IMG/VR virus record: IMGVR_UViG_3300025598_000023
Span: 1-64,000 of that record
Strand: one strand, 5' to 3'
Origin: a virus
Length of the DNA: 64,000 nt
Shown here one piece after another: positions 9,764 to 19,462 of the stretch. The translations under genes were made by a program, and so were the position numbers. The notes beneath the pieces were generated by a model. That model did no database searches. It was not told where the DNA came from and worked only from the letters and a program-made list of their open reading frames with translations. Position 1 is the first letter of the stretch; each line of letters opens with the position of its first letter.

Positions 9764-11554
9764 TTATGCGCCACCTAATGCCGCACCCGCTGTAGCACCA
9801 CCTTGACCACCACCTGCTCCACCAGTTGGACTTGGTGCTCCACCAGCACCAACTTCTCCACCAGGCACGGCTGGTGGTATACCAGGACCACCAATACCAG
9901 GTCCACCTTGTGCTGCTTGAATATCACTTATTGTTTCTAAATCGGTGCCAATAGCGCCTGGTGTAACACCAACACTGCGCAAATCTACACCTTGCAGCCT
10001 ACTAGTCGGTTCTTCTGTGCCACGCTCTTCATGCCACATCTTTTCATTTTCAGCCATTTCCATTTCACTCAAACCAAGATATTTCTTTAACATAAAACGT
10101 TTTGCCAAGAAATCAGTTTGTTGTAATTGTGTAAAGGCACTGATACGACTTTGATTTAATTCTAATTCACGATATGCAGCAAAGTTTTGCGGTTCAGTAA
10201 AGCGCAATTCAAACAAGCCATTATCTAGATTAAAACCTTTATGTTTAAGATACAACTTAAACTCTGTGTCAAATTTAGGACTGATATAACGTTGCAATCG
10301 CTTGCAATATTCATTAAAACGATATTCTTGAATTAATGCGGTAGTTACTTTACCATCTGTAAATGCACGATCACTATCTTCTGGTCCAGTTGGTAGGTAG
10401 CTGCTTGGAATACGCAAGCTACGATACATTTTATTTTGGAAGTAACGCAAATCATCAATTTCACCAAGATTTTGACCACCCGGTAAAACTTCTACAGATG
10501 AACCACGACCTTCAGCAGTTTGTGGAAAGAAGAAATCTTCGTTCATACTCATTGGATTATATGAAGCATCCATTAAATTTTGACCGCCACCGCTTTGTGT
10601 TGGAATACGGCGTTGGTTAATTTCGTTCTTAACACGCTCAACAAATTGCATAGCAAGATGCGCTGGCATATTACCAACATCAATCTTAAACATACGGCGT
10701 TCTGGTGCACGACTAATACGATAAATTAGAATAGCATCTTCAAGTAATTCTTTTTGCTTGAATACCTTAAAGATTGCTTCAAAAAGACTTACACCAAACG
10801 GCCAGTTGACATCTAACCCTTCTGTTAAACTTAAGTGAACGATATGTTCTGCTGCTACAGGGAACTCATTATTACCAGCACCAAAACGTGTATTTGGAGA
10901 AAATAATTCACCACCAGCAGTATAAGTTCTGCTACCACCCATATAAGGCGCAAAAGCATAACTGTCATTTGGACCTGGTGGACGTGTAATTGTGCTGTTC
11001 TGCAAATTAGGATTAAGGTCACGAATATAATAAATTTCTGGTTCTTTACCTTTGGATTCATTAACAATAATCTTGCTAACACGATTCATTTCAGTCCAAA
11101 ACCACTTGTATGTTTCTGGATCACGAACAAATACTTGGTCACCATATTTTAATGTGTTTCGGAACATTTTAAAGATACGTTGCTCAAAATCTTGTAGTTT
11201 ATACCAAGAAACAAGCTGTTCTTTTAAAATCATCATTTCATTGTTAGTGGCTTCTTCATGGAAATGAATCGTAAAAGCAGTTTTAGTTTCATCATTAATT
11301 TGTGTGCAAAATTCACTCAAAATATCAAGTGCACTGTTGGCTTCACTATCTAAATCCATATTCTCGTATTGAGTATAACGGTCAATACGGTTAGGGTGAC
11401 CACTATAAACATCTGGCAACATACTTTGATAGTTACGATATGCAGCATTTGCTTGTGAACCAAGATAATTGTAGCTGCTGTAATCTGTTACGCTGCCGTT
11501 AACTGGACTATAAGCCCCATCACTAACGATACGCCAATGTTTTTTCCAACCCAT
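9764..11554 (-). CDS. gp20: Portal protein (gp20-like)
   Basis: LLEDAILIYRISRAPERRMFKIDVGNMP, EDFFFP, LPGGQNLGEIDDLRYF motifs. Confidence 0.96.
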   Translation of the reverse strand: MGWKKHWRIVSDGAYSPVNGSVTDYSSYNYLGSQANAAYRNYQSMLPDVYSGHPNRIDRYTQYENMDLDSEANSALDILSEFCTQINDETKTAFTIHFHEEATNNEMMILKEQLVSWYKLQDFEQRIFKMFRNTLKYGDQVFVRDPETYKWFWTEMNRVSKIIVNESKGKEPEIYYIRDLNPNLQNSTITRPPGPNDSYAFAPYMGGSRTYTAGGELFSPNTRFGAGNNEFPVAAEHIVHLSLTEGLDVNWPFGVSLFEAIFKVFKQKELLEDAILIYRISRAPERRMFKIDVGNMPAHLAMQFVERVKNEINQRRIPTQSGGGQNLMDASYNPMSMNEDFFFPQTAEGRGSSVEVLPGGQNLGEIDDLRYFQNKMYRSLRIPSSYLPTGPEDSDRAFTDGKVTTALIQEYRFNEYCKRLQRYISPKFDTEFKLYLKHKGFNLDNGLFELRFTEPQNFAAYRELELNQSRISAFTQLQQTDFLAKRFMLKKYLGLSEMEMAENEKMWHEERGTEEPTSRLQGVDLRSVGVTPGAIGTDLETISDIQAAQGGPGIGGPGIPPAVPGGEVGAGGAPSPTGGAGGGQGGATAGAALGGA

Positions 11555-11602
11555 GAGAGTTCCCTATTAAAATATTTAGTGATATATGTGCTGTTTTATT
11601 AA

Positions 11603-13876
11603 TTATGCGACACGTGCAGCAGTGCGTTCTGTATATGTTGCAACAGTTTTAGTTGCATCAATTAACTGATCTACTTTATTAATAAGTGTTTGCATTAAGT
11701 CATTTTGCTGACTTGCTGCATATTGTTGAGTACGAACAAGTTCTTGTGACTCAGCACTTGTGCCACTTGCTCTTACAAAATCAGTAAATGCTTCTGCATT
11801 AATATTGTCAGGCAGCGGAACAACTGCTTCATTGCCATGTAGTGTAGCAGGAAAACCACTTTTTGGACCACTTACTATACCACCATCTGCTAGCATTGGT
11901 CCAACAAATGTATAATCTGTTCTGTTTTCAATGTCTGCTTGTTGACGTGCTCGTTCAACATTAAATGCTTGCATATCAGCAAAACCAGCAGTTTTTAAAA
12001 TTTTGTCAATAGATGTATCAGTTACAATAGCAAGATTTTTAATCTGTGCTTCTGTAAGAGTTAATAGTTTAGCATGTGCTTGTTCAAGTTCGCTGCTTCC
12101 TAAACCAAAAACACCTCGTTCTGTGCTTAACTGTTTGTCTTCTCTTGCTTTTTGAGCAATTCCTTTTGTATAATCATCAAATTGTTCGCCATTTCCAAGC
12201 ACAGCCTTGGCTAATCGCTCCATGCCACTAGCAAGTAATCCTGTAACATCATTAAGTTTATTAACAACAGTAAGATAAGCACTTAAACTATCAAATACAG
12301 ATTGTTGAACTTTAATTTGATTTTGCATACCTAATTGTTCTGCTTCTACTAATTTTTTAGTAGTTGGGTCTTCTGTAATAGCAGCCTGCGCTACACTTTG
12401 ACGTAATTTTTCAATTTCTTCTGGTGTTTTATTAAGAAGAGCAATAGATTTTGCTAAAGTTTCAGCTTGCGCTGCAAATGCACTGCCTTCTGTTGAAGCA
12501 GCTAAACCAAAGTCACGCAAACCTTGAATTTGATTTCTTGCCTCTGTTCCATACTCTTCTAGTATTCCTAAACCTTGACCAGTTTGTACAGCACCTTGTT
12601 CAGCAGTATTAAACAACGATCTTGCCATTTTTTCAAATGCTGGTGCTTGTGAAGCAATAATTGCACTTTGTTCAGTGAATACATTGCCACCACTTTTAAC
12701 CATTTCTTTGAACATTTGTTGTGATGCTTCTGGCAGTGCACGTAGTTCATTTTCAATTGCAGCACGTTGTTCAGGTGTTTTTGTAGCCAAATATTGTTGA
12801 TAAGCTAAATCACTTGCATCTTGGTCAGCTTTTGCTTGTAGAGTTTTAGCATCTTGACCAGTTAAATCTGCAATAATTCGTAGATTTTGTGCGTATTGCG
12901 CAGTTGCACGTGCTACTTGTTCATCTGTTGCAGCACCACTACGGCGCATACGAGCACCAACATTAGCTATCAAACCTGGTAATTCTTCAAGCCCAAAACC
13001 TAATGCTTGGAATTGTGAAGGATTAATAAACTTGCTTACACTACCTATTCGCTTTGCACCTTCTGTCATACTTCCACCAAAAAGTATAACTGCATCACGA
13101 TTTTCACTTAACGCTTTACCAAATAAATCTGTTGTTAAACCAGCAGCAAATGCTGCATTTTTCAAACCACTTACACCGTCTGCAAATATAGCACCAGCAT
13201 TACTTGCTTCTTTAAAGGAACTGCTTATAGATTCTACTTGTTTATTCATAAAATCAAGTATCTTACTACCAGCATCACCAACTGCTTGAACAATTGGTCC
13301 AAGTATTGCACCAGCACCTGGTATCACACTAACCAAACCACTTGCTGCACTTGCAATTGTTTTAAACGTAAAAGAGGCATTGCTTAAAGCAGCTTGTAAT
13401 CCTGTATTGCTACTATTATAAGCAGCAGTTAAGTTACCAATAACGGTTGTAACAGCCGCCACAGTTGTTTTAGTAATTTTATTATTAATAAAAAATTCTA
13501 CTTTTGCTGCTGCATCTTCTAAACTTATAGTTGCATCAGACATAAATTTGACAAATTTACTGCTATCAAGTGATGCAATTTTTAATGAATCATTAATATC
13601 ATTCAATCTTATTGTATATTCTTCTTCGGTCATTAACCTTTCTTTATACTGACGGCGCAAAGATTCAGTTTCACGTTCACGCTGTGTTAGCGCAACTTTT
13701 AAAGCATCATTTAGTTTTTTAGTATCTGCTTTTGTTCCTTTGGACACAGAATCAGCATAAGCAGTAGTTTTATTATATAAAATAGACATTGCTTTATCAA
13801 AAGCACCTGCTCTCTCATTAAGCACTGCTAGTTGTTCTGCAAATTTTTTTAACTGTTCTTCTGTATTTTCAGCCAT
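11603..13876 (-). CDS. Tape-measure-like protein
   Basis: Ala-rich helical protein with C-terminal LADGGIVSGP...LHGNEAVVP motif common in tape measure proteins; adjacent to the chaperone pair. Start moved to ATG 13876, downstream of a TATAAATA box. Confidence 0.7.
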   Translation of the reverse strand: MAENTEEQLKKFAEQLAVLNERAGAFDKAMSILYNKTTAYADSVSKGTKADTKKLNDALKVALTQRERETESLRRQYKERLMTEEEYTIRLNDINDSLKIASLDSSKFVKFMSDATISLEDAAAKVEFFINNKITKTTVAAVTTVIGNLTAAYNSSNTGLQAALSNASFTFKTIASAASGLVSVIPGAGAILGPIVQAVGDAGSKILDFMNKQVESISSSFKEASNAGAIFADGVSGLKNAAFAAGLTTDLFGKALSENRDAVILFGGSMTEGAKRIGSVSKFINPSQFQALGFGLEELPGLIANVGARMRRSGAATDEQVARATAQYAQNLRIIADLTGQDAKTLQAKADQDASDLAYQQYLATKTPEQRAAIENELRALPEASQQMFKEMVKSGGNVFTEQSAIIASQAPAFEKMARSLFNTAEQGAVQTGQGLGILEEYGTEARNQIQGLRDFGLAASTEGSAFAAQAETLAKSIALLNKTPEEIEKLRQSVAQAAITEDPTTKKLVEAEQLGMQNQIKVQQSVFDSLSAYLTVVNKLNDVTGLLASGMERLAKAVLGNGEQFDDYTKGIAQKAREDKQLSTERGVFGLGSSELEQAHAKLLTLTEAQIKNLAIVTDTSIDKILKTAGFADMQAFNVERARQQADIENRTDYTFVGPMLADGGIVSGPKSGFPATLHGNEAVVPLPDNINAEAFTDFVRASGTSAESQELVRTQQYAASQQNDLMQTLINKVDQLIDATKTVATYTERTAARVA

Positions 13877-13925
13877 CAAATTGACCTTGTTAAATAACTT
13901 TATATTATTTATAGGTAGCAAAAAT

Positions 13926-14771
13926 ATGCAAAAATCAACTAATCCACTTGCTTCGCATTTTCGTCAACCAGCGATTTATCTTAAACTTCCAAGCGGTGGC
14001 AGATATTGGGCACCTGGCAGCTTAAACTTGCCAGCAAATGGTGAGATTGGTGTTATGCCAATGACTACTAAAGATGAGATTTTATTAAGAACTCCCGATG
14101 CTCTTATGAATGGTGATGGTGTAGTTAAGGTTATTGAGAGTTGCTGCCCTAATATTACTAATGCTTGGGGTATGCCTACTATTGACGCAGATAGCATTTT
14201 AATTGCTATTCGTATTGCAACATATGGCAGTGCTATGGATATTGACAGCAGTTGTCCTAAATGTAATCACGAAAATAGACACCAAATTCCATTAAATGAT
14301 GTGCTTATGCGAGTTCGTGCACCTGATTATTCACCAGTATTGAATATAGATGGGCTACAAATACGTTTTAAACCGATTAATTATCTACAATCTACAAAAA
14401 ACAATATCATTGATTTTGAAAATCAAAAACTTGCAGAAGTAATTCTTAATGAAAATTTAGACGAAGAAACAAAAAAAGCACAATTTGATGTTCATGTTCA
14501 AAAAATTGTAGATGCAAGCACTAATATTCTAGTAATGGGCACAGCAAGTATTACAACAGAAAATGGTGATTTAGTTACCGAACCTGAATATATTCATGAA
14601 TTTTATACAAATACTACCAACAAAAACATAAACTTGATCAAAGATAAACTGCAATCAATTAATGAAGTTGCTAATTTACCACCTGTAAAAGTTCAATGTG
14701 AAGGTTGTGAAAGTGAATATAGTGTAGGAGTCACGTTTGATTACGCAAATTTTTTCGGTCCACCATCCTAA
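13926..14771 (+). CDS. gp26: Baseplate hub/tail assembly chaperone (gp26-like)
   Basis: LKLPSGG, PMTTKDE, LIAIRIATYG, CPKC and CEGC zinc motifs, ends ..ANFF. ATG start at 13926. Confidence 0.75.
   Translation: MQKSTNPLASHFRQPAIYLKLPSGGRYWAPGSLNLPANGEIGVMPMTTKDEILLRTPDALMNGDGVVKVIESCCPNITNAWGMPTIDADSILIAIRIATYGSAMDIDSSCPKCNHENRHQIPLNDVLMRVRAPDYSPVLNIDGLQIRFKPINYLQSTKNNIIDFENQKLAEVILNENLDEETKKAQFDVHVQKIVDASTNILVMGTASITTENGDLVTEPEYIHEFYTNTTNKNINLIKDKLQSINEVANLPPVKVQCEGCESEYSVGVTFDYANFFGPPS
14747..14756 (+). other. Candidate programmed -1 ribosomal frameshift site (A AAT TTT TTC)
   Basis: Two overlapping X-XXY-YYZ heptamers (AAATTTT, TTTTTTC) in register with the gp26-like ORF; the -1 frame is open into the next ORF. 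Confidence 0.65.
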
Positions 14772-14791
14772 AACTCTCACTTGAAGAGACA

Positions 14792-14986
14792 ATGGCACTG
14801 GTGGAACGATACGAAAAAGACGTAAAAAATATTAAACAAAATATTTTAAGGATCGTTTGGTATATGCGTGGTGGGGTTACTTATTCAGAAGCAATGGATA
14901 TGAGTATTCAGGAACGTGAAATAATTAGTAAAATTATTGACGAAAATTTAGAAACTACAAAAAAGATAAATTTACCTTTTTTCTAA
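14792..14986 (+). CDS. gp51-like assembly catalyst; probably the -1 frameshift extension of the upstream ORF
   Basis: WYMRGGVTYSEAMDMSIQERE resembles gp51/GT-type chaperone C-termini; its frame is open back to the slippery site at 14747. Confidence 0.7.
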   Translation: MALVERYEKDVKNIKQNILRIVWYMRGGVTYSEAMDMSIQEREIISKIIDENLETTKKINLPFF

Positions 14987-15294
14987 CCAAAAAGTATCCA
15001 AAGTTCAACCAATAATCCTAAAAGTGGTCCCCATCCAAGAAATAGAAAAAATAGTAATCCTACAAATAATTCACCTTCGCTGATAGGAAGTATAATCAAA
15101 TACCACCATAACACTCCACCAACTACAACATATGAAATTATTTTAAACCAACTTGGTAAATCTGCATTAGAACCTGATGAACCAGAACTGTTTTGTGATT
15201 CCACTGCTACTGATTGGCGTCTTAATAATTCTGCTTTTTCACAATCAGGACAACGCAACCTGAAAGTAGTTCCATGAAGATAACACGTAGCCAT
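14983..15294 (-). CDS. Small membrane protein with N-terminal CxxH/CxxC motif
   Basis: Two C-terminal hydrophobic segments; GGGAG RBS before ATG 15294; has its own sigma70-like promoter. Confidence 0.7.
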   Translation of the reverse strand: MATCYLHGTTFRLRCPDCEKAELLRRQSVAVESQNSSGSSGSNADLPSWFKIISYVVVGGVLWWYLIILPISEGELFVGLLFFLFLGWGPLLGLLVELWILFG

Positions 15295-15313
15295 AAGCAA
15301 CTCCCTATACTTT

Positions 15314-15341
15314 ATATTACCACAAAATCAGTATTAGTCAA
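15314..15341 (-). promoter_or_regulatory. Sigma70-like promoter
   Basis: TTGACT-16 nt-TAATAT with extended -10 TG. Confidence 0.55.
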
Positions 15342-15352
15342 GAAGTATTAGA

Positions 15353-15777
15353 TGATGTGCTACGCACATCAGTTCAGGTGCTATCGCACCTTCACCTTTT
15401 TTCAGTTCTTCTTTATAATCAATCTTTTTAGTTTCATTTAGACTGGATTTCAGACATAGATTCCCTTAAGCAGGAAATCTATGCCCTTGATGCTTCATTT
15501 GAGCTATCAAACAGACACTAACAAAAGGAACTTGTTTCCAAGTGGGGCGGTTAGCCTATACCCCTTTACATCCAGTAGATTATACCAACGGTTCCTACAT
15601 ATACCCTTGTTAGCGAATATATGTAAGCTGAGGTTGCTTATTCTCAGAGCCTCATCGTTTAGCCTATCGTTTGGCCAAACGTTGTCCATCACAGCAATGT
15701 CGGGGTGCTGACAACCTTCAAACTATTCATATTTGGGACTATGCTGCCTGAAATGCCTATGTGCCTATGGAGCCAAT
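15353..15777 (-). ncRNA. Candidate large structured RNA and/or replication-origin region
   Basis: ~430 nt without a credible ORF, with at least 8 stems, a GAAA tetraloop, long-range pairings and an upstream promoter. Confidence 0.6.
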
Positions 15778-15783
15778 GGGATA

Positions 15784-15812
15784 ATAGTATATATGTAAAT
15801 TGCCTTTGTCAA
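15784..15812 (-). promoter_or_regulatory. Sigma70-like promoter reading into the structured region
   Basis: TTGACA (15812-15807), 17 nt, TACTAT (15789-15784). Confidence 0.65.
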
Positions 15813-16927
15813 TAACTTTTTTGAAAATCTTTAACAAAATATGCTTTGCTTATAAGTGTTGCATTTAATTCTGTGCTATTATTGATTTTTTTAATATTTT
15901 CTAGTCCATTCATATAAGTTTTGTATACTTTAATTTCATTGTTTTTTGCATAATTTAATAATTTTAAACTATCTGGACTATCAGTATTATTTGTATGTAA
16001 AAACTTTTGAGAACCAATAACGCTGCTTATATCGCTATGATATAAAGGATATCTACCCATTGCTATATTCCAAGCTGAATAATATTTTGTATATGGACCA
16101 TTTTTACTCATATCTTTGCCTTGAATTAAATGTACAAGTTCTGGTGAAAATTCAGGCAGAGTTTCAAACCATTTACATACATTCCATGCTTGTTTTATGA
16201 ATAATTCTGGTAAATCTTCACTTAAATAAAAACTTTCTTGTTTACTACCAACAATATCAGACAAGTTATCATCGAGAAAAAAACAATACCATTTATTATC
16301 ATGTAGATATACTTTTGCTTTTTCGTGACCCATTATGTCAGCACGTGTGGTATATTTGTTTAAATTTTTGATAATATTTTCATGATAATTAGTAAGGTAA
16401 TATTTGGTTGTTTTATTAAACCTTAAAGTGCTACCAATATGATATATCCAATAATCACCCATACTATCATAAAAATTTATTATATCAGAGTAATGGATTG
16501 GAATAATATTGATTTTTATATTTGGAAAATAATTTTTTTTGATGGTCTTTGCGTGTTCAACAGCAAATTTATATTCAGGATCATCATATAGTGATGTCCT
16601 GTCAATTATTACTAATTCATCTAACAATATATGATTATCTACAAAAGTTTTTAATATAGTGTGACTATCATAACCACCGCTATACCAAAGAGACACATAT
16701 GAATAACGTTCTCTTATTTGTTCACATCTTATTTTAACTAGCTCTTGCCAAGTTTGTTGCGGCTCAATGTGCCAACTTGACTTATTCCATGTATTCTCCA
16801 TCCATTTGAAGCTAATCTTGGAAACATCACCAGAACTTAATTCAATAGCGCGTATTTTACTGTAGGTTTTTTCTCCATTTACATCATAATAACTATCTTC
16901 ATGGTTATACACTTGTGTTTTATTCAT
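15809..16927 (-). CDS. PP-loop (adenine nucleotide alpha-hydrolase-like) enzyme
   Basis: SLWYSGGYDS motif (SGGxDS, as in asparagine synthetase/QueC/TilS-type ATP pyrophosphatases); substrate unknown. Confidence 0.7.
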   Translation of the reverse strand: MNKTQVYNHEDSYYDVNGEKTYSKIRAIELSSGDVSKISFKWMENTWNKSSWHIEPQQTWQELVKIRCEQIRERYSYVSLWYSGGYDSHTILKTFVDNHILLDELVIIDRTSLYDDPEYKFAVEHAKTIKKNYFPNIKINIIPIHYSDIINFYDSMGDYWIYHIGSTLRFNKTTKYYLTNYHENIIKNLNKYTTRADIMGHEKAKVYLHDNKWYCFFLDDNLSDIVGSKQESFYLSEDLPELFIKQAWNVCKWFETLPEFSPELVHLIQGKDMSKNGPYTKYYSAWNIAMGRYPLYHSDISSVIGSQKFLHTNNTDSPDSLKLLNYAKNNEIKVYKTYMNGLENIKKINNSTELNATLISKAYFVKDFQKSY

Positions 16928-16928
16928 T

Positions 16929-17513
16929 TTAATCCAAAGTTAAACCTTCAATACTATCTAATCCAATTTGGATACTAATTCTTTTCTTAGGTATATTTCG
17001 CACACCATGTAATATTGCTGAATTAAGAACACACCACTTGCGTAATGGAATTTTTACGCTACAAATTTCTGTAAGAACATCGTGGTTAAAAACTCTATGA
17101 CCTTTGTGTCTTACAATTGGATAACCTTTTTCTTGATAAAACATTGTTTCGTGGTCATCACCACCACTTTCTAATAGGTAAAGTAGTGTATACAAACGTG
17201 ATGAATCGCAGTGTGCTCCTTTAAAATCACGCACATCTTGCTCACTTGTTTCGCTTTCTGCAACCCTAACATTGACTACACTTTTATCAGTTATGTTTTT
17301 GTATACCCATTCTTTGATCTCTTCATCAAGATGATATGATGTAAAAGCAGTATTTTTTAGTTGAATACCATTAATCGTGATGATTTCTTGGTTAATTTTC
17401 TCCCAATCAATTGTAGTATCAATGTTTCTTTTAATACTTTTATATGCTCGTTCTATAAAATCTTCTGGAACATCTGGTAAATTTTTTGGAAACTTATAAA
17501 ACCATTCATTCAT
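16929..17513 (-). CDS. Putative 2OG-Fe(II) oxygenase-like protein (paralog 3)
   Basis: GAHCD...LHGV...RISIQ: HxD..H triad plus C-terminal Arg. Confidence 0.65.
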   Translation of the reverse strand: MNEWFYKFPKNLPDVPEDFIERAYKSIKRNIDTTIDWEKINQEIITINGIQLKNTAFTSYHLDEEIKEWVYKNITDKSVVNVRVAESETSEQDVRDFKGAHCDSSRLYTLLYLLESGGDDHETMFYQEKGYPIVRHKGHRVFNHDVLTEICSVKIPLRKWCVLNSAILHGVRNIPKKRISIQIGLDSIEGLTLD

Positions 17514-18108
17514 TTTTAAACTCCTTGATATCTTTAACGCTTACAAAACCAACCTGTAATGCAATCCGTGGTTCTGGAATATTAATTACGCTGTGCAAAA
17601 TGCGTGAATTTAATATAATCCACTTTTTAAGAGGAATTTGTATTCTGCCTAGTTCTTCCAACTTATCGGTTTCTAATGCTGTTACACAATTTTCTCTTAT
17701 GATTGGTTTATTTTTTTCTTTATAAAAAACAGTGGCATGATCTGGTCCGCCGCTTTCAAGCAACCAAATTAATACATAATTGCGAGTAGTATCAGTGTGT
17801 GGACCACGCCAATCACGTGGATCATCGGGATTAAAATATGTCTTTGATGATTTTACATTAGCTATTCCTGTTTTAGCAACATTGTCATATACCCATTTTT
17901 TCATTTCTTTTTCGGTTTCATATTGGAAAAAAGCAACTGATTTTTTCAATTCACCGTTTTTAATAAAAGGTGCTTGTAACGTTGCATTAAAATCAACATA
18001 TTCAATAACTTCTTTATTAACACTATCATAAATCATTTTTTCTAATTCATCAGGCAAATCTGGTAAATCTGGAAATTTCCATAGCCATTCTTCTATTTGA
18101 TCACTCAT
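17506..18108 (-). CDS. Putative 2OG-Fe(II) oxygenase-like protein (paralog 2)
   Basis: GPHTD...LHSV...RIALQ. Confidence 0.65.
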   Translation of the reverse strand: MSDQIEEWLWKFPDLPDLPDELEKMIYDSVNKEVIEYVDFNATLQAPFIKNGELKKSVAFFQYETEKEMKKWVYDNVAKTGIANVKSSKTYFNPDDPRDWRGPHTDTTRNYVLIWLLESGGPDHATVFYKEKNKPIIRENCVTALETDKLEELGRIQIPLKKWIILNSRILHSVINIPEPRIALQVGFVSVKDIKEFKNE

Positions 18109-18117
18109 TGTATTCTC

Positions 18118-18876
18118 CTACCATTTTAATTTTTGTGACACTTTGTCGAATAATTTTGATATTACATAACCATTAATTGCAATAATACATACTATAACAT
18201 ACATTTTATCAATATCCATAGTAGATTTTACATCTATCATGTATGTTCCTAAACCATGATATCCACCAATGTTACCAAATACTACTTCAAGGGAAATCAG
18301 TGTTCGCCACATATATGCCCAACTTGTGCTACAAAGTGAAATGATAATTGGTGCAGTGGCTGGCAAATATACATGAATAAAACTTTGTTTTATACCCCAA
18401 TTTAAATTCTGCACATGCTTTTCCCATGTCAGCTTTATTGTGTCAAAAGCAGATAATATCTGGTAACAAGTTGCAAAATATACACTAAAAACAACTACTA
18501 CAATTACAACATTGCTTGATAATCCAAAAATTAAAACTAAAAAAGGGATTAGGACAAAACTTGGTAGCGGAGTAAAATATCCACAATAACATTCTATTAT
18601 TTTGCGAAAAAATGGAAATATCCAACATAAACATATTGTTATAGCAATACTAATACATAAAATTGCCCACGCAGTAAACAACATTATGATAGTGTCGAAA
18701 TAAGTTATCCATAGCAATTTTGTTTGTAGCATATTAATTGCAGTTGTTGTTATTGTAATAATACTTGGAAAAACTAATGTTTCATTAATGGCAAAACAAA
18801 TGCACTGCCAAGCAACTATTAATAAACCAATGGCTATAATATTAATGATGTAGTTTTTTGATAAAATCTTTTTCAT
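18118..18876 (-). CDS. ABC transporter permease (NitT/TauT type)
   Basis: About 6 TM segments, PLPSFVLIP, HVYLPA, WRTLISLE...GLG motifs like TauC/SsuC. Confidence 0.85.
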   Translation of the reverse strand: MKKILSKNYIINIIAIGLLIVAWQCICFAINETLVFPSIITITTTAINMLQTKLLWITYFDTIIMLFTAWAILCISIAITICLCWIFPFFRKIIECYCGYFTPLPSFVLIPFLVLIFGLSSNVVIVVVVFSVYFATCYQILSAFDTIKLTWEKHVQNLNWGIKQSFIHVYLPATAPIIISLCSTSWAYMWRTLISLEVVFGNIGGYHGLGTYMIDVKSTMDIDKMYVIVCIIAINGYVISKLFDKVSQKLKW

Positions 18877-19462
18877 CTATATCTTTTGGTAATTTCGTTA
18901 ATCCATTGTATGAAAGTAATAGTATTTCATCTGCGATTTGCTTTGCTTCGTGTATATTGTGTGTAATATATAAAACATTTAAGTTAAGTTGTATAATCTT
19001 TTCCTTAAAGTCACTTAATACATTATAACTGGTCATTGCATCAAGACCGCTAAGCGGTTCGTCACATAATATAGTTTCTGCACCACTGCATATTGCTCGT
19101 ATCAAAGTAAATCTTTGACGTTGACCACCACTTATACTATTTGGTTTTTTATCAATTAAATCTGTTAATTTCCATTCAGAAGCTATATCATACCAATTAT
19201 TTTTGCATGTAATTTCCATATTTTTCTTTACACTATACCATGGAAATAATTGATGACTATCTTGAAATACAGTAAAAATATTATTGCTTTTGATATAACC
19301 AGTATATTGCATCACACCACGAATAGCATTAATTATACTGGTTTTACCCACACCACTACTACCCATAATAACTGTAATAGTTTGCGGCTTTAATTCAATA
19401 CTGATGGGAGAAAATAAACTTCTCCCATCAACACTGATTGTAAGGTTTTTAACAGCGAGCAT
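18842..19462 (-). CDS. ABC transporter ATP-binding protein
   Basis: Walker A GSSGVGKT, VFQ..QLFPW, signature ISGGQRQR, Walker B ILCDEP, H-loop ITH. Confidence 0.92.
   Translation of the reverse strand: MLAVKNLTISVDGRSLFSPISIELKPQTITVIMGSSGVGKTSIINAIRGVMQYTGYIKSNNIFTVFQDSHQLFPWYSVKKNMEITCKNNWYDIASEWKLTDLIDKKPNSISGGQRQRFTLIRAICSGAETILCDEPLSGLDAMTSYNVLSDFKEKIIQLNLNVLYITHNIHEAKQIADEILLLSYNGLTKLPKDIDEKDFIKKLHH

Noticed and set aside
13877-13925. ORF-track starts at 13921 (-) and 13881 (+)
   Set aside because: They overlap each other and the promoters; ATGs at 13876 and 13926 fit better.
15481-15711. 76-aa (+) and 61-aa (-) ORFs in the structured region
   Set aside because: No clear RBS and no recognisable motifs; the dense base-pairing explains the region better.
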